Below, in pieces: positions 1 through 11,101 of a stretch of DNA of 64,000 bases; position 1 is the first letter of the stretch; every line of letters starts with the position of its first letter. The position numbers were made by a program, and so were the translations under genes. The stretch lies in NCBI GenBank assembly GCA_965235115.1, contig OZ249436.1, forward strand, positions 44,704,001 to 44,768,000, written 5' to 3'. Source of the DNA: Laetmonice hystrix. Its lineage: Eukaryota. The notes beneath the pieces are model-generated. The model made no database searches and was not told the DNA's origin. It saw only the letters and a program-made list of their open reading frames with translations.

Positions 1-261
1 GAAGAAATGTCTTTGCCTTTGCCTGCATGAAACATCGAACAGGCCTATGTGGATCTATACGTATATTTAGCCATCAGGTGTGAAGCTTGCTTTTAGGAAA
101 GTATGGGCGCAGTGAAATACCCGCAACCACCAGAGCTGCAACGCCATGCTACAGGGTCGGGTACATAGGCCTACTCTCCCACCCAAAAGAAATTGAAAGA
201 AAAGTTCATTTCCCTACATTCTGTGAACACCAATGTACAATTTCCTGGTGTCGAACTATCA

Positions 262-392
262 CATGTGGCCGTAGCCTGCGGGGGGGGGGGGGGCAAGGGG
301 GGAAACTGCCCCCTGGGATTTCCATTTTTTGTAACCCAGACTTCCAGCTCGACTGGCGCCCCCCTGGGATTTTTGGGCAGGCTACGGCCCTG
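262..392. mobile_element. Short non-autonomous DNA element (hAT-like MITE) with terminal inverted repeats
   Basis: GGCCGTAGCCTGC (267-279) and GCAGGCTACGGCC (377-389) are inverted, and the element ends in CCCTG. A related reverse-orientation copy lies at ~21807-21868. Confidence 0.55.
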
Positions 393-1630
393 CTTTAACA
401 CTATAGTGTACGCCCCTATAGAACGTTTGCCCGTTGAGGAGCACTTGTGTACCCCTTACCCGTTCTGAATTCGTCCTTGCTGGCTGTGGCTAAGGTTTGG
501 TTGTCGTGAGTTGCACGTCGTACTTCCCGTCCCTGCCTTGATTAGATATAACGTAAAAAGCGCGTGTATTGTGACGCGGCGTCACCCTGAAAGCGCGCCG
601 CGTCGGACGCCGTGAATCAAAGCAAGCAGACAACACAGTCAAATATTGCTTTGCGCTTCTGTGACACGCGAGGTGCACTCACTTGGCCCCCGAACCCGCA
701 CCTTTACTCAACCTGAAGCTAATCAAACAACATATTAATAAACGTAACATGCCACCTTGCTGACGATGACCCCAGCAGGGGCGGTAGCGTCGCGTTCATT
801 GTTAAAACATGTGGAGGTCACATCCTCATTGAGAATCGAGGGAATTACAGGACGCTTTATACAAGAAGCGTTTCTAGATGAAGAAAAACTACTTAGGCCT
901 AGAGAGAAACAAGTATTATGTGTTATGGTGGGGGCTATTGGAGGGTTATTGTTGCAATTCTAAATACGACCCATTTGTTATAATATTTCAAGACAAAGTG
1001 TAAAGTGATATCAACTATTCCAGAAAGCACTAAGCTATGTTGCACATCCAAATCAGCAAGAATTCTACAAAATATGAAATCCGCTAACAAAGCCGTGCGG
1101 AACAAGCGTTGGTATCTTGTCGAAAATAATTCGTCCTTGCAGGCCGCATGTCATATTGCGTGTAGACGTACGCTTTCCGAAGATTAATTATACCAATGAG
1201 ATTTTTCCCTGTTGATTGGAAGAACGATCACGTTTCGTCGGTGAGCAATCAGCGACTGCCATGTGTAGTCAGATATCAAAAAGTACGGAGACAACAGGCG
1301 ATCTTTGCTGAGGTATAGAACGGGCATTCCATTGACGGGTAGCCTGACTGATTGCTGACTATAGGCTGCCCCCGCCCGGCCCTTGAATGAAGGTAAATGG
1401 AGCCTCAAAGGTCGTAAACAAAACCGACGACTAGAAATACAGCTGCCATGTCCCGATGGGAGAGAAATACCTTTAATCTGGCAACATGCAATGTCAAGAT
1501 GGAGTACTGGGCAAGCTATTGTCATGTTTCGGTTAGTTTCAAAAGGGAGAAGGCAGGATCTATTGGTTTAAACGATTTACATAATGATGTGTCGTGTCGA
1601 AGTCAGATTAATGAAAACTTATTATCATGT

Positions 1631-2195
1631 GCTGTAGGTGCTATATGTCTGTGCTCATTGTGTATGTGTGTCTGTCGGTCTATGTACGCTGTAGGTGCTA
1701 TATGTCTGTGCTCATTGTATATGTGTGTCTGTCGGTCTATGTACGCTGTAGGTGCTATATGTCTGTGCTCATTGTGTATGTGTGTCTGTCGGTCTATGTA
1801 CGCTGTAGGTGCTATATGTCTGTGCTCATTGTGTATGTGTGTCTGTCGGTCTATGTACGCTGTAGGTGCTATATGTCTGTGCTCATTGTGTGTGTGTCTG
1901 TCGGTCTATGTACGCTGTAGGTGCTATATGTCTGTGCTCATTGTGTATGTGTGTCTGTCGGTCTATGTACGCTGTAGGTGCTATATGTCTGTGCTCATTG
2001 TGTATGTGTGTCTGTCGGTCTAGCTGTAGGTGCTATATGTCTGTGCTCATTGTGTATGTGTGTCTGTCGGTCTATGTACGCTGTAGGTGCTATATGTCTG
2101 TGCTCATTGTGTATGTGTGTCTGTCGGTCTATGTACGCTGTAGGTGCTATATGTCTGTGCTCATTGTGTATGTGTGTCTGTCGGTCTATGTACGC
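1631..2195. repeat. 57-bp minisatellite, ~10 copies
   Basis: Unit GCTGTAGGTGCTATATGTCTGTGCTCATTGTGTATGTGTGTCTGTCGGTCTATGTAC. Confidence 0.97.
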
Positions 2196-2295
2196 ATGCG
2201 CTCACAGAGGCCCCTGTGTATTTATAATCACATCAGCACAGGTTTATTATACACCCATGACTTTATGGGCCTATACGTTTCAACTAGGTCTATGT

Positions 2296-2546
2296 ATGCA
2301 TACATAAGACCCCTACTTGTAGGCATATGTTTAAGTGTCGAGACGATTGTGTATATTTGTGCGTATTTTTTTTATACAAAATAACTGAGTATTCCTCAAG
2401 AAATTTCAATGTAACCTCACGAATGCATGCATAAGACCCCTACTTGTAGGCATTATGTTTAAGTGTCTATAGACGATTGTGCATATATTTGTGCGTATTT
2501 TTTATACAAAATAACTGAGTTTCCTCAGGAAATTTCAATGTAACCC
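2296..2546. repeat. ~128-bp direct duplication (2 copies)
   Basis: CATAAGACCCCTACTTGTAGGCAT...GAAATTTCAATGTAACC occurs twice in tandem. Confidence 0.9.
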
Positions 2547-2592
2547 CACTAATGAAAATGACCAAAGAAATGTTGACTTCAACTGTAACTTT

Positions 2593-2598
2593 TTTATT
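2593..2598 (-). promoter_or_regulatory. Candidate polyadenylation signal AATAAA for SKOR
   Basis: First AATAAA I noticed on the minus strand downstream of the stop codon; motif evidence only. Confidence 0.25.
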
Positions 2599-3312
2599 TC
2601 GTATAACAATATCAAAGGGTGTTAGAAAGAAGGGAGCACACTCTATATATAATATACATATATCTGTACTCTTGGTACAGTTATTAAGCACTCAACATAC
2701 TGTACAGTTAAAATATCCTCGGAATTCATACACACTAACTTCATGTTAGGTTGAAAAAAACTTTGATCACTATTGGTAGTCATGGATACATGCTCTTACG
2801 TGTTAAATTTGAATTACATATCGACGGTTGTTCCTCTCCCTCTTTCAATATTTTATACACAAAAAGTATACATGAACATTCGAACACATTTAGGGAGTCT
2901 ATGTGTACACGCAACTTTTGTATCAATCGCTCAGTCTAGTTGGATTTACAGAGTTTTAGTCCCATATGTAAACTTGTGTATACCGCGTAACAACACAACA
3001 CTACGCCAACGATAATAGGGATGCACACATCAGTGGATGTAAATAAAAAGTATAGACTAAATGTTTCAACAACCATAAAATGCAAGACTGAAGGAGTATT
3101 GCTATGTTATAGCTATAGGTTAGTATAGGAGTATAGCTACCCCTTTACGATATTGCTTGGTGGGGCCAGCATAACACGGAAGGTTCCACCAACTGAGGGA
3201 TTGGCTGATGGTTTTCACTGCTTGATGGTCAGGTATTGGCTGTTATTGCTGAATGGCCGGATAGTGCTAACTGTTACTGATTGTTTGCATGAAAATGGTG
3301 GTTGTTGTTACT

Positions 3313-4243
3313 TGATGGCCAGGTAGTGCTGGCTGTTATACTGTTAGATGGCCGGGTAGTGCTGGCTGTTATACTGTTAGATGGCCGGGTAGTGCTGGCT
3401 GTTATACTGTTAGATGGCCAGGTAGTGCTGGCTGTTACTTTTAGATGGCCAGGTAGTGCTGGCTGCTACTGTTAGATGGCCAGGTAGTGCTGGCTGTTAC
3501 TGTTAGATGGCCAGGTAGTGCTGGCTGTTACTGTTAGATGGCCAGGTAGTGCTGGCTGCTACTGTTAGATGGCCAGGTAGTGCTGGCTGCTACTGTTAGA
3601 TGGCCGGGTAGTGCTGGCTGTTACTGTTAGATGGCCAGGTAGTGCTGGCTGCTACTGTTAGATGGCGGGGTACTGGTGGCTGTTACTGTTAGATGGCCGG
3701 GTAGTGCTGGCTGTTACTGTTAGATGGCTAGGTAGTGCTGGCTGTTACTGTTAGATGGCCAGGTAGTGCTGGCTGTTACTGTTAGATGGTCGGGTAGTGC
3801 TGGCTGTTACTGTTGGATGGCGGGGTACTGGTGGCTGTTACTGTTAGATGGCCGGGTAGTGCTGGCTGTTACTGTTGGGTGGCGGGGTACTGGTGGCTGT
3901 TACTGTTAGATGGCCGGGTAGTGCTGGCTGTTACTGTTAGATGGCTAGGTAGTGCTGGCTGTTACTGTTAGATGGCCAGGTAGTGCTGGCTGTTACTGTT
4001 AGATGGCCGGGTAGTGCTGGCTGTTACTGTTGGATGGCGGGGTACTGGTGGCTGTTACTGTTAGATGGCCGGGTAGTGCTGGCTGTTACTGTTGGATGGC
4101 GGGGTACTGGTGGCTGTTACTGTTAGATGGCTAGGTAGTGCTGGCTGTTACTGTTAGATGGCCAGGTAGTGCTGGCTGTTACTGTTAGATGGCCGGGCAG
4201 TGCTGGCTGTTACTGTTGGATGGCCAGGTACTGATGGCTGGTA
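3313..4243. repeat. 31-bp minisatellite, ~30 copies, in the SKOR 3'UTR
   Basis: Unit CAGGTAGTGCTGGCTGTTACTGTTAGATGGC; abuts the stop codon. Confidence 0.97.
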
Positions 4244-4335
4244 TTACTCCTGGATGGCTGGGTATTGGTGGCAGTCAATGCAGTTACGCAACGCGATCAT
4301 CTTGCAGGAGAAGTTGTTGAGTGCCTCGTGGGCCT
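4244..4335 (-). CDS. SKOR: SKOR terminal coding exon: EAHEALNNFSCKMIALRNCIDCHQYPAIQE*
   Basis: Acceptor TTTTCTCTGTTTCCCAGCAG. Homologous to vertebrate SKOR EAHDALHHFSCKML..R.C (recalled). TAA stop at 4246-4244. Confidence 0.93.
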
Positions 4336-4409
4336 CTGCTGGGAAACAGAGAAAAGCCATTGTATTGGCTGAAAATTATACGCTCTGGTAAGTGCTTCGT
4401 ACAACTTAA

Positions 4410-4903
4410 GATCTGAACCCACTATGCGATTTCTGCTTGCGACACCAGTCGCAAGCCTTGCAACACGAATCGCAAGGCTTCCAATTGGTATCGCAAGCAT
4501 CAGTCGCAAAGTGGGCTCCCTTGTTGCAAGCCTTGCAACTCAGTCCTTGGTCGCAAGAATTGAGTTGCATGGCTTGCGATAATATCAAACGTTTGATATT
4601 TCCCCCTCTTGTCGCAAGGCTTGCAACCAACGCCAGACTCGTCGCTAGGCAATGACCAATCAGATGGCGAGCAATGATATCATGTGACCAAAATACGTCC
4701 GTACGTAGGCTTAGAATATGATGCAATAAAGGGCTTTCAGTTGCAAAGCATGGGACGCTGATAGCAAGAATTGGTCGCAAAGTGGGTTCGGGTCCCTGAG
4801 TCTCAAGGCTTGCGACAGGCTCGTCGCAAGCCTTGCGACGAGCTGGGTCGCCATGCTTGCAACTAGTGTCGCAAGCAGAAATCGCATAGTGTGGGTTTAG
4901 GGC
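4410..4903. mobile_element. ~490-bp MITE flanked by TTAA, in the last SKOR intron
   Basis: CACTATGCGATTTCTGCTTGCGACAC (4420-4445) is perfectly inverted at 4866-4891, with further imperfect extension. TTAA on both sides (4406-4409, 4904-4907). Internal TCGCAAG/CTTGCGA reiterations; no transposase ORF. Confidence 0.8.
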
Positions 4904-5203
4904 TTAAAACACACCTCCGATAATTCGAAGATATTGCTACCAAATCCAACAAATGTCAAAGGGGTCGATGTATAGTTATTGAATAAGGGTGGCATTCACC
5001 ACAGAGTCTGTGAATTGGACCCATCATAGGCATGCACAGAATCCCCTTGCGGAACCTCTACAAGGCCGGAACTTTCAAAATGCGGCCCCAGCTTTTAGTT
5101 TTGTATGGATATAGCAGGGTGTCAATCAAAACAATCCCGATATATAAGGCTCAGTCTACGAATCCGAATTAAGAATTTGATGACGCAGTTGGGAGGTGCT
5201 CAC

Positions 5204-5269
5204 CTTTAATTTTCTGCTGAACAATTTGTCGAGCCTTCCTTTCCTCGTCTAACTCTCTGTTCAGTGACT
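5204..5269 (-). CDS. SKOR: SKOR coding exon 5 (66 nt): ESLNRELDEERKARQIVQQKIK
   Basis: Acceptor ATTCTTTCAG, donor AAG|GTGAGC, phase 1-1. Clearly homologous to vertebrate SKOR DTLCNELDQERKARYAIQQKLK (recalled). Confidence 0.93.
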
Positions 5270-5636
5270 CTGAAAGAATGAATCAGGTGTCAGATGGAAA
5301 CTGTATAAATTAGGGATCTCTTCGCCACCAATGACTGATGGGAGAATAATTCAGGACAAGTTCGGTTTTATTCAAGGAAGATCTGGAACTTTACACAAAG
5401 ATGTTTAACGTATAGCAGGACAGTTTTCACGAGACTATACTTATTATATTGAAATGGTTACTTTAGGGGGTAACTTAGTGCAGGATACCTGTGGCATCTT
5501 TCATCGAAAACCTATTATATTGAGCAGAAGGAATAATCTGCAGGACTTTATAACAATGAATCGTGGTTATTAATGGTTTTGGTGTAAGCTTATTGAATGA
5601 ATCTCAGGAAATGGTTGTAATATGATCTCACCTTAC

Positions 5637-5711
5637 CTTTCGCCATATCAAATTGTTTGTCTAATCCTTCTGGGCAAGTTCTTGTCGTCTTCATCTCACC
5701 ATCATAGGCTA
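5637..5711 (-). CDS. SKOR: SKOR coding exon 4 (75 nt): IAYDGEMKTTRTCPEGLDKQFDMAK
   Basis: Acceptor TTCTACTCCAG (NAGNAG CAG TAG), donor AAG|GTAAGG, phase 1-1, open frame. Position and length fit the SKOR segment preceding ELD.ERKAR. Confidence 0.8.
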
Positions 5712-5883
5712 CTGGAGTAGAACATGTTTGAAACTCTTAAACAATGTATGATGCAAACTTTACATGGATAGACAAAGAATCATTCTAGGCCATAGGCTTT
5801 GGAGACCAAAACAGACCTGCTCTCTCCTTGACTTTACTTTACTTATATCAAGCTGTACTTGTTAACTTGCTAAAATTACTTAC

Positions 5884-5955
5884 TTTTTGAGCGATCATCA
5901 TCATCAGATTTGAACTTCTCTCCCATAAGTCGTTTGAGTTCCATTTGGAGTTCTT
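5884..5955 (-). CDS. SKOR: SKOR coding exon 3 (72 nt): EELQMELKRLMGEKFKSDDDDRSK
   Basis: Acceptor TCTGATCTGTGCAG, donor AAA|GTAAGT, phase 1-1. EELQ matches the start of the SKOR C-terminal coiled coil. Confidence 0.85.
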
Positions 5956-5999
5956 CTGCACAGATCAGACAAAACGAAGGTGTCGGCATTAGTCAACGA

Positions 6000-6429
6000 G
6001 TGTTATCAAACCATTCTTTCTCTATACTACTTACGGTGTTATCAAACCGTTCTTTCTCTATACTACTTATGGTGTTATCAAACCGCTCTTTCTCTATACT
6101 ACTTACGGTGTTATGAAACCATTCTTTCTCTATACTACTTACGGTGTTATCAAACCGTTCTTTCTCTATACTACTTACGGTGTTATCAAACCGTTCTTTC
6201 TCTATACTACTTACGGTGTTATCAAACTACTCTTTCTCTATACTACTTACGGTGTTATCAAACCGTTCTTCCTCTATACTACTTACGGTGTTATCAAACC
6301 GTTCTTTCTCTATACTACTTACGGTGTTATCAAACCGTTCTTTCTCTATACTACTTACGGTGTTATCAAACCGTTCTTTCTCTATACTACTTACGGTGTT
6401 ATCAAACCGTTCTTTCTCTATACTACTTA
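6000..6429. repeat. 36-bp intronic minisatellite, ~12 copies
   Basis: Unit GGTGTTATCAAACCGTTCTTTCTCTATACTACTTAC. Confidence 0.97.
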
Positions 6430-6952
6430 GATCCACGGTCGGCCATTGGTGCGCTAGATACTAAACCATCCAAGGCCGTTTTAGTATTCACTCTCAGGGA
6501 ATAGATCTACACCAAATGGATGACCGGACTAGACAGTGACGAGAGGTGAGTGTCATTAGAGCTTGTTTAATTGCTGTTAATTGTTTCCACATGCACTGTG
6601 GGTGGGGTGGGGAAACAAAATAAGAGACCCAGTAATGAGGCAGTAACTCCTCAGTATTGGATGAATGAGATGGTGATCCGGGTGTGTGAGGAGAATCACT
6701 TTGATTTATCGGTCCCTAGTGTCGCATGTATCTAAATGACACCGGTAACCTATCACGGCACGATTCGAGTGCTGCTCTGGCCATCACTAACTACTAACAT
6801 TCACGCCGACCGCAAGCTGTTACTTTAAGTAATGTCATTTAGGAATAACTGGATGACTATTACCGATTGAAGGTCCATGGCATTTTGTACTTATTGACAT
6901 TACATTCAAAGTTAGTGTATGGCAGAGAATATTGTATTGTAAAATTGCCTAC

Positions 6953-7049
6953 CTCTTGACATGTCGTAGATCTTGTCGACATCCGCCCAGGGCCGACACA
7001 CTGTCCGTCTCTCGGTGTCCTTGTCAGAGTTTGATTTGCTGTCAATGAC
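6953..7049 (-). CDS. SKOR: SKOR coding exon 2 (97 nt): VIDSKSNSDKDTERRTVCRPWADVDKIYDMSR
   Basis: Acceptor TTTTGTCCCCTTGTTTCCAAAG, donor GAG|GTAGGC. Phase 0 in and phase 1 out joins exon 1 to exon 3 in frame, giving DMSREELQ. Additional small exons in the 7050-12997 intron are not excluded. Confidence 0.8.
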
Positions 7050-7080
7050 CTTTGGAAACAAGGGGACAAAAATATATATT

Positions 7081-7987
7081 ACCTACAAACTGGTATGTAT
7101 ACTGAAACATAGACCCAAAGAACCTACAAACTGGTATGTATACTCAAACATAGACCCAAAGAACCTACAAACTGGTATGTATACTCAAACATAGACCCAA
7201 AGAACCTACAAACTGGTATGTATACTCAAACATAGACCCAAAGAACCTACAAACTGGTATGTATACTCAAACATAGACCCAAAGAACCTACAAACTGGTA
7301 TGTATACTCAAACTAACATAGACCCAAAGAACCTACAAACTGGTATGTATACTCAAACATAGACCCAAAGAACCTACAAACTGGTATGTATACTCAAACA
7401 TAGACCCAAAGAACCTACAAACTGGTATGTATACTCAAACATAGACCCAAAGAACCTACAAACTGGTATGTATACTCAAACATAGACCCAAAGAACCTAC
7501 AAACTGGTATGTATACTCAAACATAGACCCAAAGAACCTACAAACTGGTATGTATACTCAAACATAGACCCAAAGAACCTACAAACTGGTATGTATACTC
7601 AAACATAGGCCCAAAGAACCTACAAACTGGTATGTATACTCAAACATAGACCCAAAGAACCTACAAACTGGTATGTATACTCAAACATAGACCCAAAGAA
7701 CCTACAAACTGGTATGTATACTCAAACATAGACCCAAAGAACCTACAAACTGGTATGTATACTCAAACATAGACCCAAAGAACCTACAAATTGGTATGTA
7801 TACTCAAACATAGACCCAAAGAACCTACAAACTGGTATGTATACTCAAACATAGACCCAAAGAACCTACAAACTGGTATGTATACAAACATAGACCCAAA
7901 GAACCTACAACCTGGTATGTATACTCAAACATAGACCCAAAGAACCTACAAACTGGTATGTATACTCAAACATAGACCCAAAGAACC
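7081..7987. repeat. 41-bp intronic minisatellite, ~22 copies
   Basis: Unit ACCTACAAACTGGTATGTATACTCAAACATAGACCCAAAGA. Confidence 0.97.
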
Positions 7988-10532
7988 GCAATGACACGAA
8001 ATGTACTCCAAGATTTCGGGAGTAGTTTATATATACAAAGTATCCCTAGGAGATGGGTTTTCTTGGAAGTGGAAGTTTTTATTTTTAAATTTTGGCCGTC
8101 AGGGGATAGAGACAGGCTTTATAGGGTCTCTGGGGAGAGTCGGGGTGGGCCCTGAGTGCTATGGTTGGCATGCCCGACATGACACATTAAGCGGGGGTGG
8201 GGGTTCCTTCATGATCGGGGCCACCGCTCGGCCCGAGGTGGCAGGTTGGCATTTGGGTACAACATACGCCAAGCAGACGACAACTCGCAGTGGTTCAAAC
8301 GTTGCGTCGTCAGGGCGACGCGCGCTCTGACGTAGATCGACGGCACGTCGTTTAGGACGCACCACTGGCACGTGTGAGGAATCAGACAGTCACTGCTCGG
8401 CGCCCGACTCTCATCCCAGAGCAAATTTCGACATTAACTAAATGGCCACGGGACTCACCGCCATACATGTGTAATTTGAATGGCGTATTTCCCACGTGTC
8501 GAATTACACGACAGTGGGGAGTTTATTCGGATTAATACCCAGTCCCAATCATTGTCGCTGTATCGCCGCGGCCTCCAAAACCACTCAATGTCCCCCGGGT
8601 CCATCGCACTGCACGAGACACTCATGTGAATTACGGGAGAACTATTTAAATCCACTTTCAAGTCTTCATTTGGGCATGCTCAAGTAATCGGCTCGTAATT
8701 TTTTATGTTCCACACGACAAAAGTTGTTGTCTCCTCGTTTCCAAATAGACCTAGCATCGTTTTCTCAATTTAACTTATCTACATTTTTATATTCCTAACA
8801 TTGGGTTCTCGTTTAAACAAAATCTGATTTATTACCGACGAAAATCTATTAATCTTTTATGTATCGCTATAATCATACAGTCTTCTTTCCCCTTATTTTG
8901 AGACACCGATGTAAGGGCCTTCTGCTTGGTGCACACTAAACGCTGCGGCTCTACCCTCAGTCCTCCCGATTCATGTCGACAGGCAGGCGGATAAATAACA
9001 CACCTTATTGTGTTACGGCTCCTCCTCATAACCCAAACATACGTACGAGTCGTTTACCGCGGCCAGAGTCAACACAAAACCCAGCCGGGCACTAGTCTCC
9101 AGGGGCCCCAGCAGGCGGCGCTGCCCGCGGCGTGCAAGCCCACGCTCATGATTAATAATTTTATGATTCCATGACATTTTTCGTGAAATACCAGGCCGTT
9201 CCCGGCGGAGACTGTGACCTTTGCGGGTGTTTGGACTGCCACGTGCATGTTGTGGTGACCATTACTTACCGAGCCAACTGTTAAACCGTTGATGACGCTC
9301 CCAGCTCTGGGCAAACCCCCCCTCCCGTCCGCCCCGGCGCCTACTTGTATACAATCACCCGGTATTTACCGTGGGTGGGTGCACCTGGCCCCCTCCCATG
9401 GAGTTACCAATGATAGATAAAATACACGGCCTTAGGCCACTGGTACCTTTCATGATAGGCCATGTCCCGCACAAAGGTCTGCCCCCTTAATGATTTCCTA
9501 AATACTCCAATACATACAATGATGTAATTGGAACCAATGGTACTGTGGTGTCATAAAAGGTTAACCCTCTGGCAGGTCGCCTCGGCTGGTAATGCAATGA
9601 AAAAAGTCATGTGTAACAACCTTCAACGATTTCTTGCAGGTCATGTTTCTATCGGGTCCTACTTCCTAATTTGGAGAAAGAACAATTAATTAAAACCACC
9701 TAATTTCAGTAATTGTGAACTACACCGAATATCCCGTCAAACAGAGCATTAAAAAGCAGTAAACATAGACACCATATTTCTATGACCGTTAGAGCAATTT
9801 TCTTCCTATCTGAGGAAATTATTCAAAAATGGCGAGAAAAGAGAACAAAAGTGAACCCGCCGAGGACAAGTTATTCATCCAGAGTGGCGTTTCATTCACA
9901 CCGCTGTAAGCTGTAACTCCTTCACCATGAGTGGCTGTAACCACACTGACAATGACATCGCTTATTACAATTAACCCAAATACATAGTTAATTGAACACT
10001 ACCGCGGCGGCAAGGTCGATTCCGTAGTGTTAAAACTTTCGGATATCACCAAACGATGTACTCAGTACCACGGTGTTTCCACAGAATCTCGAGATCCACA
10101 GATGTCTACCGAGACGTGCACATTGGTTGTTGTTACACATTGTGTCTCGTCTCAATATAAAACCCTCGAGTCGAGTAGATATTACGACACGGCCAGCACA
10201 CTGTAAGCACCATATGCTCACATTGTGGTAACCTTTGTCGTTGGAATACTTAGTGGTGTTACAAACAGCAGACAATGACAAATGTCACAGACTCTCACAG
10301 GCACGACTTTTTGTTTGCCCGAGTATAAGTGTCCTTAACAAACTTGTTACATCATCAAAGAGCCAGGCGATAGAACTTCTGAGGACGACCAGAAGTTGGA
10401 TTGGGCTGGGTTGGTGGCGTTACATCATGTCGGCAACTGTTGGCTCTCTTCACGACGGCAACAGGTTTTTAATTTTGTATACAATCATTTTATTTTTATT
10501 TTGCCAAGTTATGGAGACTCCATAGTAGGAGT

Positions 10533-11101
10533 CTGACTTAGATGTTGTCTGCTCCCTTGGTAAGATTATGGTTCACGCCGTGGTCGTCAATAGTAACTGA
10601 CTTAGATGTGGTCTGTCCCCTTGGTAAGATTATACTTCACGTCGTCAATAGTAACTGACTTAGATGTTGTCTGTCCCCTTGGTAAGATTATGGTTCACGC
10701 CGTGGTCGTCAATAGTAACTGACTTAGATGTTGTCTGTCCCCTTGGTAAGATTATACTTCATGCCGTGGTCGTCAATATTAACTGACTTAGATGTGGTCT
10801 GTCCCCTTGGTAAGATTATGGTTAACGCCGTGGTCGTCAATAGTAACTGACTTAGATGTGGTCTGTCCCCTTGGTAAGATTATGGTTCACGTCGTGGTCG
10901 TCAATAGTAACTGACTTAGATGTTGTCTGTCCCCTTGGTAAGATTATGGTTCACGTCGTGGTCGTCAATAGTAACTGACTTAGATGTTGTCTGTCCCCTT
11001 GGTAAGATTATGGTTCACGCCGTGGTCGTCAATAGTAACTGACTTAGATGTGGTCTGTCCCCTTGGTATACTTCACGTCGTGGTCGTCAATAGTAACCGA
11101 C
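10533..11101. repeat. 64-bp intronic minisatellite, ~9 copies
   Basis: Unit CTGACTTAGATGTTGTCTGTCCCCTTGGTAAGATTATGGTTCACGCCGTGGTCGTCAATAGTAA. Confidence 0.96.

Noticed and set aside
1..45. Possible minus-strand acceptor (TTTCATGCAG) followed by GKGKDIS at the window edge
   Set aside because: Only ~22 nt of putative exon are visible; cannot be supported.
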